Shown here in pieces: positions 43,013-51,209 of a stretch of 64,000 bases of DNA. The notes under the pieces were generated by a model that worked only from the letters and a program-made list of their open reading frames with translations, did not search any database and was not told the origin of the DNA. Origin of the DNA: an uncultured Planctomycetota bacterium (GTDB taxonomy: Bacteria; Planctomycetota; Planctomycetia; Isosphaerales; Isosphaeraceae); NCBI GenBank assembly GCA_963737655.1, contig CAVTTN010000002.1, positions 1,024,001 to 1,088,000 on the forward strand, in the 5' to 3' direction. The number at the start of each line of letters is the position of its first letter. The stretch's first letter is position 1. A program made the position numbers and the translations under genes.

Positions 43013-43103
43013 CGGGGTGGCATGCTCACGTCTTCATGAGCATGTCTGTTTTTGACACGCGAAACCGAAGGCATGCTCACGAAGACGTGAGCATGCCACC
43101 CCG
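43013..43103. repeat. REP-doublet palindrome, GGGTGGCATGCT family (copy 2)
   Basis: cggggtggcatgctcacgtcttcatgagcatg / catgctcacgaagacgtgagcatgccaccccg between convergent genes. Confidence 0.85.
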
Positions 43104-43127
43104 CGAGGATTCCTCGGGCGGATCGGT

Positions 43128-44912
43128 TCAGAGCACGGCCTTCGCCGCGCGGTCGAGGGCGTGGTCGTCGTTGTCACGGAGTTCGTGGAGGGCCAGGTCG
43201 AACTTGCGGGCGGCCATCCGGAGATACAGGTCGGCGGCGGCGCGATCGGCCTCGGTGGCGGTGCCCGCGGCCTCGTCGTGGTCGATCTTCGCGAGGGTCG
43301 CGGCCGAGGTCATCAGCGCGATGGCGGCGTCGGCGAGCCGTTCGTGGGTGAATCCGGCGTCGAGGATCGCCTCCTTGAACCTCATCACCGAGGTCTCGAC
43401 GGCCCAGCCGAACCGCTTGACCCGACCGGCCAGCGCCGAGGCCGCCTTGCGGAGGCTCGCGGTCTTCACCGGCACCTCCGGCCGACCCGCGAACTTCGCC
43501 GCGTGGCCCGAGCCGAAGCTCCAGAGCGTGGGGAAGAAGCTCGCGGGCTTCTTCATCTTTTCCAGGGTGCCCACGAGCCCCATCGCGATGTCGCGGATGC
43601 CGACCATCGCGATGAACGACTTCAGGACCTCGTTGGCCCCCTCGCCGATCTGGTTGATCCGGGCGTCCCTCATCATCCGTTCATAAGGCTCGTCGGTAAA
43701 ATATCCCTGTCCACCGTGGATTTGCAGGGTCTCGTACACGGCCTCCCACAGGGCCTCGGTGGAGAAGACCTTGAGGATCGCGGTCTCGAGCATGTAATCC
43801 TCGGCGCCCGAGTCGATCAGGGCGGCGGTCTCCAGGGTCGTGGCCTCCATCGCGTAGGCGAAGGCGGCGATCCTCGCGATCTTCTTGCGAACCAGCTCCA
43901 GGTCGGCCAGGGCCCGGCCGAACTGGCGACGCCTCTTGGCGTGGCGGACCGAGGCGTCCAGGCACGTCTTGGCGGCCCCGGTGCAGCTCGCGCCGAAGGT
44001 GGTCCGGCCGAAATCCAGGACGGTGAGCGCGACCTTCAGGCCCTTGCCCACCGGCCCGAGGACGTTCTCGGCGGGCACGGGCATGTCGTGGAACGCGAGC
44101 CGGGCCGTGGCGGTCCCCCGGATGCCGCACTTGGGCATCCTCGCCTCGACGACCTCGAAGCCGGGCAGGTCGGGCGTCACGAGGAACGCGGTGACCTTGG
44201 AGTCGCCCCCCTTCGGGTCGGGCGTCCGGGCCATCACCGTGAGCACCCCGGCGATCCCTCCGTTGGTGATGTATCGTTTCGTGCCATTCAAAACATAGGT
44301 TTTCCCGTCCGCCGAAGGGGTGGCGGTGGTCTGGACGTTCGAGGCGTCGGAGCCGGCCTCGGTCTCGGTCAGCGCGAAGGCGGCGAGGGTCCGGCCGGAG
44401 GTCAGCTCGGGGAGCCATCGGCGCTGCTGCTCGGGCGTGCCGAACAGGAGCAGGGCGCGGATGCCGATCGAGTGATGCGCGTTCACGAAGACCGCCGTGG
44501 AGGAGCAATGGCCGCCGATGGCTTCCATCACCCGGCAGTATTGCGACTGGGTGAACCCCCGGCCGCCGAACTCGGCGGGCGCGGTCATCCCCAAAACGCC
44601 GATTTGCCCGAGCCCGTCGATCACGGAGCGGGGGATGTCGGCCTCGCGGTCGATGGCGGCGGCGTCGATGTGCTCTCGGGCGAACTGGCGGAGCTCGGCC
44701 ACGGCGGCGGCGGTCGCGGCCTTCTCCGGCCCGCTGAGCTCGGGATACGGGAAGACGGACGAGCCGAGGAACTCGCCGCGAAACAACGCCTTGGCAAAGC
44801 CGGCCTTCGCCGGACCCGAGAACAGAAGCTCCTCAGCCTGGGCGACCTGCTTGGCCCGCTCCGGATCATTCATCGGCGACGAACCGGGACGCGCGGGAGC
44901 CGAGATCGACAT
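43128..44912 (-). CDS. Acyl-CoA dehydrogenase (long ACAD9/VLCAD-like form)
   Basis: AFALTETEAGSDA, LNGTKRYITNG, KCGIRG, RRQFG, QIHGGQGY, RDARINQIGEGANE. Confidence 0.92.
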   Translation of the reverse strand: MSISAPARPGSSPMNDPERAKQVAQAEELLFSGPAKAGFAKALFRGEFLGSSVFPYPELSGPEKAATAAAVAELRQFAREHIDAAAIDREADIPRSVIDGLGQIGVLGMTAPAEFGGRGFTQSQYCRVMEAIGGHCSSTAVFVNAHHSIGIRALLLFGTPEQQRRWLPELTSGRTLAAFALTETEAGSDASNVQTTATPSADGKTYVLNGTKRYITNGGIAGVLTVMARTPDPKGGDSKVTAFLVTPDLPGFEVVEARMPKCGIRGTATARLAFHDMPVPAENVLGPVGKGLKVALTVLDFGRTTFGASCTGAAKTCLDASVRHAKRRRQFGRALADLELVRKKIARIAAFAYAMEATTLETAALIDSGAEDYMLETAILKVFSTEALWEAVYETLQIHGGQGYFTDEPYERMMRDARINQIGEGANEVLKSFIAMVGIRDIAMGLVGTLEKMKKPASFFPTLWSFGSGHAAKFAGRPEVPVKTASLRKAASALAGRVKRFGWAVETSVMRFKEAILDAGFTHERLADAAIALMTSAATLAKIDHDEAAGTATEADRAAADLYLRMAARKFDLALHELRDNDDHALDRAAKAVL

Positions 44913-45031
44913 GGACGGCCTCCTGATCTCTCGATCTAGGGCAAAGCAGGGGATCGGCACGACCCGACGGACCGACGAAGGGACGGACCTCCGAATTGTA
45001 CGACCAGGCCCCGGTTTCGGATAGGGCGGTG

Positions 45032-45261
45032 AGCTTTCGGCGATCGGCGGTCAGCTTTCAGCGATCGGCAATCGGGTTGCCCTATCGAAAACCCCGGGCC
45101 GTGCCGCCGAACGAGTAGGTCCGACTTCAGTCGGGCCTGCGAAGCTCCGCCCCCTACTTGTAGGCCCGACTGAAGTCGGACCTACTCGTTCCCCCCTCTC
45201 ACAGGGGATTTCCATCGAGAAAGCTGACCGCTGGCCGCTGAAAGCCGACCGCTGACCGCTC
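45032..45261. repeat. Composite element: heptamer-repeat inverted flanks enclosing a GTAG REP doublet
   Basis: (a/g)gcNNtc heptamers at 45032-45075 and their complement at 45219-45261; perfect 30-bp IR at 45109-45138 / 45162-45191. Confidence 0.8.
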
Positions 45262-45268
45262 CAGACAA

Positions 45269-45284
45269 CGGCATGGCAAATGCG
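45269..45284 (+). promoter_or_regulatory. Putative sigma54 (-24/-12) promoter of the first YsnF-like gene
   Basis: cGGcatggcaaatGC: GG 45270-71, 10-nt spacer, GC 45282-83. Confidence 0.55.
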
Positions 45285-45338
45285 TCGATATCTAAGCCTT
45301 CGCAATCCCCGCGATGTCCGCGATTCGGGAGGGTCGGC

Positions 45339-45965
45339 ATGGTCCAGGTTTTGCGGGCGACGGTTCATCTCCGGGGCGACCTTCGCGGGTCTGCGGACTT
45401 GGCGGCCCTGGAGCGAAATGAAGGGACCGTTGAGGTCCATCTGGACGACGGGCGGGCCGTCGAGGCTCCGGCCTCGGCCTTCGAGAGGCGGGGCGACGGC
45501 TCCTATTTCCTGCCCATCGGCCTGGAGGCAGCCCCGGCCTCGACCTCGGCCGTGGGCTCGGCCTCCGGCGCCGCGGTGGGCGAGACGGTGATCCCCGTCG
45601 TGGTCGAGGAGGCCGAGATCTCCAAGAGGGTCGTCGAGACCGGCCGGGTCCGGGTCGTCAAGCGGGTCCGCCAGCGCGAGGAGACGGTCGATGAACCGTT
45701 GTTCCGCGAGGAGGTCCGGGTCGAGCGCGTCCCGGTGAACCGGCCGGTCGAGGGGCCGGTGGAGGTCCGCGAGGAGGGGGGCGTCACGATTGTCCCGGTG
45801 GTCGAGGAGGTCCTCGTGGTCGAGAAGCGGCTGGTCCTCCGTGAGGAAGTGCGGATCACCCGGGTCCGCGTCGAGGAGCATCGGCCGCAGGCGGTCTCGC
45901 TGAGATCCGAGGAGGTCGAGGTCGATCGGGTCCCCAACGGCGCCGCCCGCGAACCGGCGGTCTGA
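45339..45965 (+). CDS. YsnF/AvaK (DUF2382) domain protein
   Basis: IPVVVEEAEISKRVVETGRVRVVK, EEVRVERVPV, VPVVEEVLVVEKRLVLREEVRI; GGAGG RBS. Confidence 0.88.
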   Translation: MVQVLRATVHLRGDLRGSADLAALERNEGTVEVHLDDGRAVEAPASAFERRGDGSYFLPIGLEAAPASTSAVGSASGAAVGETVIPVVVEEAEISKRVVETGRVRVVKRVRQREETVDEPLFREEVRVERVPVNRPVEGPVEVREEGGVTIVPVVEEVLVVEKRLVLREEVRITRVRVEEHRPQAVSLRSEEVEVDRVPNGAAREPAV

Positions 45966-46001
45966 GGGCGCCTCGGAATTCACGCCCCTGAATCGTTCGA
46001 T

Positions 46002-46017
46002 CGGCATTGCGTTTGCC
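46002..46017 (+). promoter_or_regulatory. Putative sigma54 (-24/-12) promoter of the second YsnF-like gene
   Basis: cGGcattgcgtttGC: GG 46003-04, 10-nt spacer, GC 46015-16. Confidence 0.6.
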
Positions 46018-46127
46018 AATCCGTAGCAATCATCCCGCCGGGGGCTGAGGGCCCCGACGGCGAGGACGATCCTTTGAGCGTCACGACGCTCCCCTATCAC
46101 TTCCCATCTCGAGAGGAGACCCGAGCG

Positions 46128-47234
46128 ATGGCGACTCGCAAGAAGACGACGGCCGAGGTCCAGGGCGAGGACGCGGTGGCCCCGGCCACCGGGGCGGCGG
46201 CGGGGCTGGCGACCGGGGCGGCGATCGGCGCCGCCGTGGGCGGGCCGGTGGGGGCGGCGGTGGGCGCCGCCGTGGGCGGGCCGATCGGCGCGGCCCTGGG
46301 CGAGGCCGTGAACTACTCCGACGCCGAGCCCGTCTTCCGCCAGCACTGGGAAAGCGGCCCGTACAAGGCCATCACCAAGTGGGACGACGTCTCCCCCGCC
46401 TATCGCTACGGCTTCGAAGCGGCCGACCGCGACGACTGGCGCGGCAAGCCCTATGACGACGTGAGCACCCACCTCCGCAAGGGCTGGACCGGCAAGACGA
46501 AGTACGACGACGTCGAGCCGATGATCCGCACCGCCTGGGACAGCCGCCTCGGCGCCGACCGGCCCGCCTCCGCCTCGATGACCGGCGCGGCCACCGTCGG
46601 CGGCGAGACGGTCATCCCCGTCGTGGAGGAGGAGCTCCAGGTCGGCAAGAGGAAGGTCGAGAAGGGGGGCGTGAAGGTCCGGAGCCACGTGACCGAGACG
46701 CCCGTGGAGGAGCAGGTGCATCTCCACGAGGAGCACGTGAAGGTCGAGAGGCGCCCGGCCCACCGCGCCGCCTCGGCCAAGGACGTCGCCTTCAAGGAGG
46801 GCACGATCGAGATGACCGAGACGGCCGAGGAAGCCGTGGTCGCCAAGAGGGCCCGGGTCGTCGAGGAGGTCGTGATCCGCAAGGAGGGTCGGGACCACAC
46901 CGAGACCGTCCGCGACACCGTCCGCAAGACCGACGTGGAGGTCGAGAAGACCGGCGGCAAGACGAAGGTCGGGCCCGTCGAGTGGGAGCACTTCACCACC
47001 GACTTCCAGAAGGACTGGAAGAAGCGCCACGGCGACGCCGGTTACACCTTCGAGGAGTTCACCCCGGCCTATCGCTTCGGCTACAACCTCGCCAACGACG
47101 ACCGCTACCGGGGCGACTGGTCGGAGGTCGAGCCCGAGGCCCGACGCTACTGGGAGCACACCAACAAGGGCACCTGGGACGAGTTCAAGGACTCGATCCA
47201 CCACGCCTGGGAGAAGGTCCGCGGCAAGAGGTGA
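46128..47234 (+). CDS. YsnF/AvaK (DUF2382) protein with glycine zipper and duplicated PAYR(Y/F)G helical domains
   Basis: GAAIGAAVGGPVGAAVG; IPVVEEELQVGKR..EEAVVAKRARVVEEV; PAYRYG..AWD and PAYRFG..AWE domains flank the core. Confidence 0.88.
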   Translation: MATRKKTTAEVQGEDAVAPATGAAAGLATGAAIGAAVGGPVGAAVGAAVGGPIGAALGEAVNYSDAEPVFRQHWESGPYKAITKWDDVSPAYRYGFEAADRDDWRGKPYDDVSTHLRKGWTGKTKYDDVEPMIRTAWDSRLGADRPASASMTGAATVGGETVIPVVEEELQVGKRKVEKGGVKVRSHVTETPVEEQVHLHEEHVKVERRPAHRAASAKDVAFKEGTIEMTETAEEAVVAKRARVVEEVVIRKEGRDHTETVRDTVRKTDVEVEKTGGKTKVGPVEWEHFTTDFQKDWKKRHGDAGYTFEEFTPAYRFGYNLANDDRYRGDWSEVEPEARRYWEHTNKGTWDEFKDSIHHAWEKVRGKR

Positions 47235-47260
47235 TCGCGGAGGCCCGAGGCGCGGCACTC

Positions 47261-47293
47261 GGGGGCGGGTCCGACCCGCCCCCTGCCGTTTTC
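47261..47293 (+). terminator. Probable terminator hairpin between convergent genes
   Basis: gggggcgggt-ccg-acccgccccc stem-loop. Confidence 0.5.
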
Positions 47294-47313
47294 GCCACGC
47301 GTTCGCGGTCGAT

Positions 47314-48305
47314 TCATGTCCCGGACCGCTTCATGGCCAGCGACGTGACCAGGGCCGTCAGGCCGACGATCGCCGAGGTCTCCGCCGCCTCGGCATAGAC
47401 CTGATCGAGCGCGTCGGCCCGGGCGGCGAGGTGCTTCAAGAGCGGCCGGGTCGTCTCGGGGAACTGGCCGGTCCAGCGGTAGACCTCGGTGGCGAGGTCG
47501 GCGTCGAGCCGGGCGATCAGCGCGGAGGCGGGCTTCCGGGGCGAGTCGATGGGGCTCCGGGCTCGGGGCGGCCGAGGTCCTCGAAGATCGACCGCAGGGC
47601 CGAGTCCATCCCCAGGGGCAGCGGGCCGCCGAGGTCGGCGATCTCGGCGTAGTATTCCTCCAGCGAGTAGGCGATCTCCGAGACGTCCTCGTCGAGCGAA
47701 TCGTCGGAAACGACGGGGGGGCGGGCCCGGACCTCGACCATCGCGCGGTCGCAATACTGCAGCTTCGCCAGGGCGACCGGGCATTCGGCGTACTCGGCCC
47801 TCCAGTCGCGCCCGGGGGTCATCCAGACGGCGAACGTCTCGGCCCAGTCCTCGTCGGGGTGCTTCTGGGCGTACCAGCCGGGCAGGTGCCTCACGAAGTC
47901 CCGGGAGAACGGCTCGGGCCGGTACTGCTCGCGGTAGGGCAAGGCGATCGGCCCGAAACGCCGGGTCCATTCCGGGGTCTTGAAGAGTTCATAGGCATAA
48001 TTGACCACGTGGCCCATCTCGTGGCGGAGGTAGCGGAGGACGTCCGCCGGGGTCCGGCCCTCGACGTGGCCGGTCCTCGCGAGGTGGAGGTCGGTCAGGT
48101 CGGCCCGGGCGAGGTAGAACGGGATCGCGATGGCCACGGTGCCATCCGGAACGCCCCACTCGGTCGAGAGATACAGCCGGGGCTCGACCCCGACGAGGCC
48201 CAGGGCGGCGAGCTCCGCCCGGAACTCGGCGACGACCGGCCGGAGCCGAGACTCGTCGAGGCTCAGGCCGAGGTCTCGGATCGGAGTGTGGAGGAGGTCG
48301 GTCAT
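47314..48305 (-). CDS. Putative zinc-binding metallopeptidase (Peptidase_Mx-like), frameshift near 47550
   Basis: YLSTEWG.PDG...IAIPFYLA, LRHEMGH, YAQKHPDEDWAETFAVW; C-terminus continues in ORF 47314-47970; AAAGGA RBS. Confidence 0.85.
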
Positions 48306-48336
48306 GGCGGCGTCCTTTCGAAGGGCGAATCGGCCC

Positions 48337-48351
48337 GCATTCGCCATACCG
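48337..48351 (-). promoter_or_regulatory. Putative sigma54 promoter of the metallopeptidase
   Basis: Minus strand cGGtatggcgaatGC with 10-nt spacer, about 30 nt upstream of the ATG. Confidence 0.5.
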
Positions 48352-48359
48352 TCGCCGGG

Positions 48360-48375
48360 CGGCATCCCGGTTGCA
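48360..48375 (+). promoter_or_regulatory. Putative sigma54 promoter of the ATP-grasp gene
   Basis: cGGcatcccggttGCa: GG 48361-62, GC 48373-74; close to the TGGCAC-N5-TTGC consensus. Confidence 0.62.
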
Positions 48376-48440
48376 ACACGCGAACGGCCATCGGCGGCGT
48401 CGCCGCCCGTCCCCTTCCCATTTTTCGGTGATTGCTTCGA

Positions 48441-49418
48441 ATGAAAGTCACGATCCTGACCTATGTGGAAACCGAAGGGGCGACGGAGCACGATATCGTC
48501 GTGGACCAGGTGGCCTCGGCCTTGAAGGCCGGCGGCCACAAGCCGTCGGTCCTGCCCGTCCACGGGGACGTCCGCAAGCTCGTCTCGGGGATCGCCCGGC
48601 GCAGGCCGGACCTGGTGTTCAACCTCCTGGAGATGTTCGGCTCGAACGTGAGGGCCGACGTCGGCGTGGCCGGCTTGCTCGAGCTGCTGGAGGTCCCGTT
48701 CACCGGAGGAGGGCCCGGGGAATTGTACGTCCGGCAAGACAAGGGCCTCGCCAAGAAGCTCCTGGCGTTCGACGACATCCTCTATCCGGACTTCGCCGTG
48801 TTCTCGCCCGACGGCATGGAGACCGGCGGCAACCTGCGGATGCCCCTGTTCGTCAAGCCGTTGCGCACCGATGCGTCGATCGGCATCTCGGGGGCGAAGT
48901 CGCTGGTGAACGACGCGAGGGCGATGATGAAGCAGGTGGCGGCGATCCACGACAAGGTGCACGACTCGGCCCTGGCCGAGGAGTACATCGAGGGCCGCGA
49001 GTTCTACGTCGGAGTCCTCGGCAACGCCCGGCCCGAGGCGTTCCCGCCGGTCGAGATGGACTTCTCCGCGATGCCCAGCGGCTCGCTCCACGTCCTGGAT
49101 GCGAAGGCGAAATGGAAGAAGAATTCGCCCGAGTACAAGGGCTCGAAATCGGTCATGGCCGACGTGTCGCCCGAGCTCAAGGCGAGGCTGCAAGAGGTCT
49201 CGATCAACGCCTATCGCGCCTTGCGCGTCCGCGACTACGGCCGGGTGGACCTCCGCCTGACCGATTCGGGCGAGATCTACGTGATCGAGGTGAACGCCAA
49301 TTGCTACCTGGAAGAGTCCAGCGAGTTCGCCACCGCCGCCAAGGCGGCCGGGATCGATTTCCCATCGCTGGTCAACCGGATCGCCGAGATGGCCATCGAG
49401 CGGCATCGTCGCGGATGA
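48441..49418 (+). CDS. D-Ala-D-Ala ligase-like ATP-grasp protein (non-canonical)
   Basis: VFNLLE, PFTG, QDK, PLFVKP..DASIGI, EEYIEGREF, DYGRVDLR, IEVNANC. Confidence 0.88.
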   Translation: MKVTILTYVETEGATEHDIVVDQVASALKAGGHKPSVLPVHGDVRKLVSGIARRRPDLVFNLLEMFGSNVRADVGVAGLLELLEVPFTGGGPGELYVRQDKGLAKKLLAFDDILYPDFAVFSPDGMETGGNLRMPLFVKPLRTDASIGISGAKSLVNDARAMMKQVAAIHDKVHDSALAEEYIEGREFYVGVLGNARPEAFPPVEMDFSAMPSGSLHVLDAKAKWKKNSPEYKGSKSVMADVSPELKARLQEVSINAYRALRVRDYGRVDLRLTDSGEIYVIEVNANCYLEESSEFATAAKAAGIDFPSLVNRIAEMAIERHRRG

Positions 49419-49428
49419 GGGGGAGATG

Positions 49429-49687
49429 GAACCGCCAAGGCGCGAGGGCGCCAAGAGACAGAGGAGAAGAGGAGAAGAGGAGAAGAGGAGAAGAGGAGAG
49501 GAGAGGAGAGGAGAGGAGAGGAGAGGAGATTCATGGACGCGAATTTGATGGGTTTAAGGATTACGGTTTCACTCGTTCCCACGCTCCGCCTGAGGACGTG
49601 GGCTTGTGTCGCGGATCTCTACAAAGCAATTTTCCCTCCTCTTCTCCTCTCCTCTGTCCCTTGGCGCCCTTGGCGTCTTGGCGGTTC
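49429..49687. repeat. Triple-heptamer palindrome, CGCCAAG family (copy B), with expanded GA microsatellite
   Basis: gaaccgccaagg.. arm, GAGGAGAA/GAGAG run at about 49461-49529, arm ..ccttggcgtcttggcggttc. Confidence 0.85.
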
Positions 49688-49705
49688 GTTCTCCTCCGCG
49701 GCGGT

Positions 49706-50209
49706 TCAATCTCCCCGTTTCGAGATGGCCGCGGTGAGCCAGGATCGGGCATAGGCCCACTCGCGGAAGGCGGAGGCCCGGGAGATCCCCAGGGCCTCGG
49801 CCGCGTCGTCGATCGACAGGCCGGCGAAGAGGCGGAGTCGCGCCACATCGGCCGAGCCCGGGTCCTCGGCGGCGAGCTTCGCGAGGGCGGAGTCGATGTC
49901 GAGGATCGCGTCGGGGTCGGAGACGATCGCCAGGTCCCCCTCATTCAGAGGGAACTTCTTGCCGAGGCCGCCGCGCTTGGCCGCCTTCTTGCGGCGGGCA
50001 TGATCGACCAGGATGCGCTGCATCGCCACGGCCGCCGCGCGGAGGAACCCGGCGCGGTCGTCGAACTCGGCCGCGCCGAGCTTCAAATAGGCTTCGTGGA
50101 CCAGCGCCGTGGCGTCCAGGGTATGGCCGACCGGCTCGTTCGCCAGCTTCGCGGAGGCGAGGCGTCGGAGCTCGTCATAGACCTTCGACCAGAGATCATC
50201 GGGCGTCAT
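49706..50209 (-). CDS. ECF-type sigma factor, planctomycete kinase-associated (TIGR02999-like)
   Basis: VYDELRRLA, HTLDATALVHEAYLKL, AMQRILVDHARRKKAAKRGG, LRLFAGLS, WAYARSWL. Confidence 0.9.
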   Translation of the reverse strand: MTPDDLWSKVYDELRRLASAKLANEPVGHTLDATALVHEAYLKLGAAEFDDRAGFLRAAAVAMQRILVDHARRKKAAKRGGLGKKFPLNEGDLAIVSDPDAILDIDSALAKLAAEDPGSADVARLRLFAGLSIDDAAEALGISRASAFREWAYARSWLTAAISKRGD

Positions 50210-50275
50210 CGCATCGCCTCCGGGCGTCCCGGCCCACGGACCTGCTACAATACCATCGCCATGGTCCCGAGGGAG

Positions 50276-50524
50276 ATGGAGGCGACGACGAGGGATTTGC
50301 CCGTCAAGTTCCCGAGCGAGACCGAGGTGATCCTCGAAGACGTGGCGAGGACCCGTGCCATGACGGCCGACGAGAGGCTCCGATGTCTCCGGGGCATGGT
50401 GAACGCCGGGGCCTTGATGATGCGGATTTCGCCCAAGGCGGCATGGCTCGAAGAGCACTCGCAGGAGCAAGAACGCCTCGCCCAGAAGAATATCCAGGAT
50501 TTTCTCGCACGTCATGGATACTGA
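50276..50524 (+). CDS. Small hypothetical protein, probable partner of the downstream nucleotidyltransferase remnant
   Basis: 82 aa, RAMTADERL motif; overlaps the ATG at 50514. Confidence 0.55.
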   Translation: MEATTRDLPVKFPSETEVILEDVARTRAMTADERLRCLRGMVNAGALMMRISPKAAWLEEHSQEQERLAQKNIQDFLARHGY

Positions 50525-50818
50525 TCACACGCTCTTGTCGGACGAGCTGGTCCCCATGCCCTCGACAACGCCGAAACCCTGGAATGGTCGAAGGGCCACC
50601 CGATCCGGGTCGTGACAGCCGAGGGGCTGATCCTGACCAAGATGATCGCGTTTCGACCCCAGGACCAGATGGACATCGACACTCTCCTGACGGCCAATCG
50701 CGACACGATCGACGTCGGCCTGATCCGCGAGGAATGGTCCCCGTTCGCGGCCACCGAGGTGGAGCGGACCTCGTGGCTAGAGGCCGAGATCGAGCGGATA
50801 GTCGTGCGGCGCGAGTAG
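50514..50818 (+). pseudogene. Internally deleted nucleotidyltransferase-like gene
   Basis: Short N-terminus MDTDHTLLSDELVP joined out of frame to the tail IRVVTAEGLILTKMIAFRPQDQMDI; catalytic core absent. Confidence 0.6.
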
Positions 50819-50825
50819 GGCCGCC

Positions 50826-51209
50826 ATGGAGCAAAGAATGAGTGACGACCAATCAACGAACGAGGACGCGGCCGGGCCCGTCCCGGGCGATTCGATGGAC
50901 GCGGTGATCGAGGTCGACAAGCGAGACGTGGACCGGATCCTCTTGCGCGAAAACTTGAAGCGGACGGTGGTGGAGCAGTTCCTTAATGTAATTTACGTGA
51001 ATAAATCTGTCGATGCATTGCGGGAGGCCCGGGCGGGCAAGACCCGGAGGAGGGGTCACGGCCCCTTCGGCGGTTGCGGAGACATCGTCGGCCTGGCGGG
51101 GAGTTTTGCCTTTTCCTCGCGCCAGGCCGTCGCCTCGTCGGGCTTGTTTGTGGCCTCGGCCTGGGCGATCAGGCGGTCGAGCGCTTCGGCGAGAATGGCG
51201 CCGGCCTGA
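50826..51209 (+). pseudogene. Degenerate small antitoxin-like ORF
   Basis: VIEVDKRDVDRILLRENLKRTV resembles small proteins preceding nucleotidyltransferases; runs on into the convergent kinase. Confidence 0.4.

Noticed and set aside
48441..49418. Calling this gene ddl or a vancomycin-resistance ligase
   Set aside because: Canonical Ddl/Van substrate motifs are absent and there is no mur or van context
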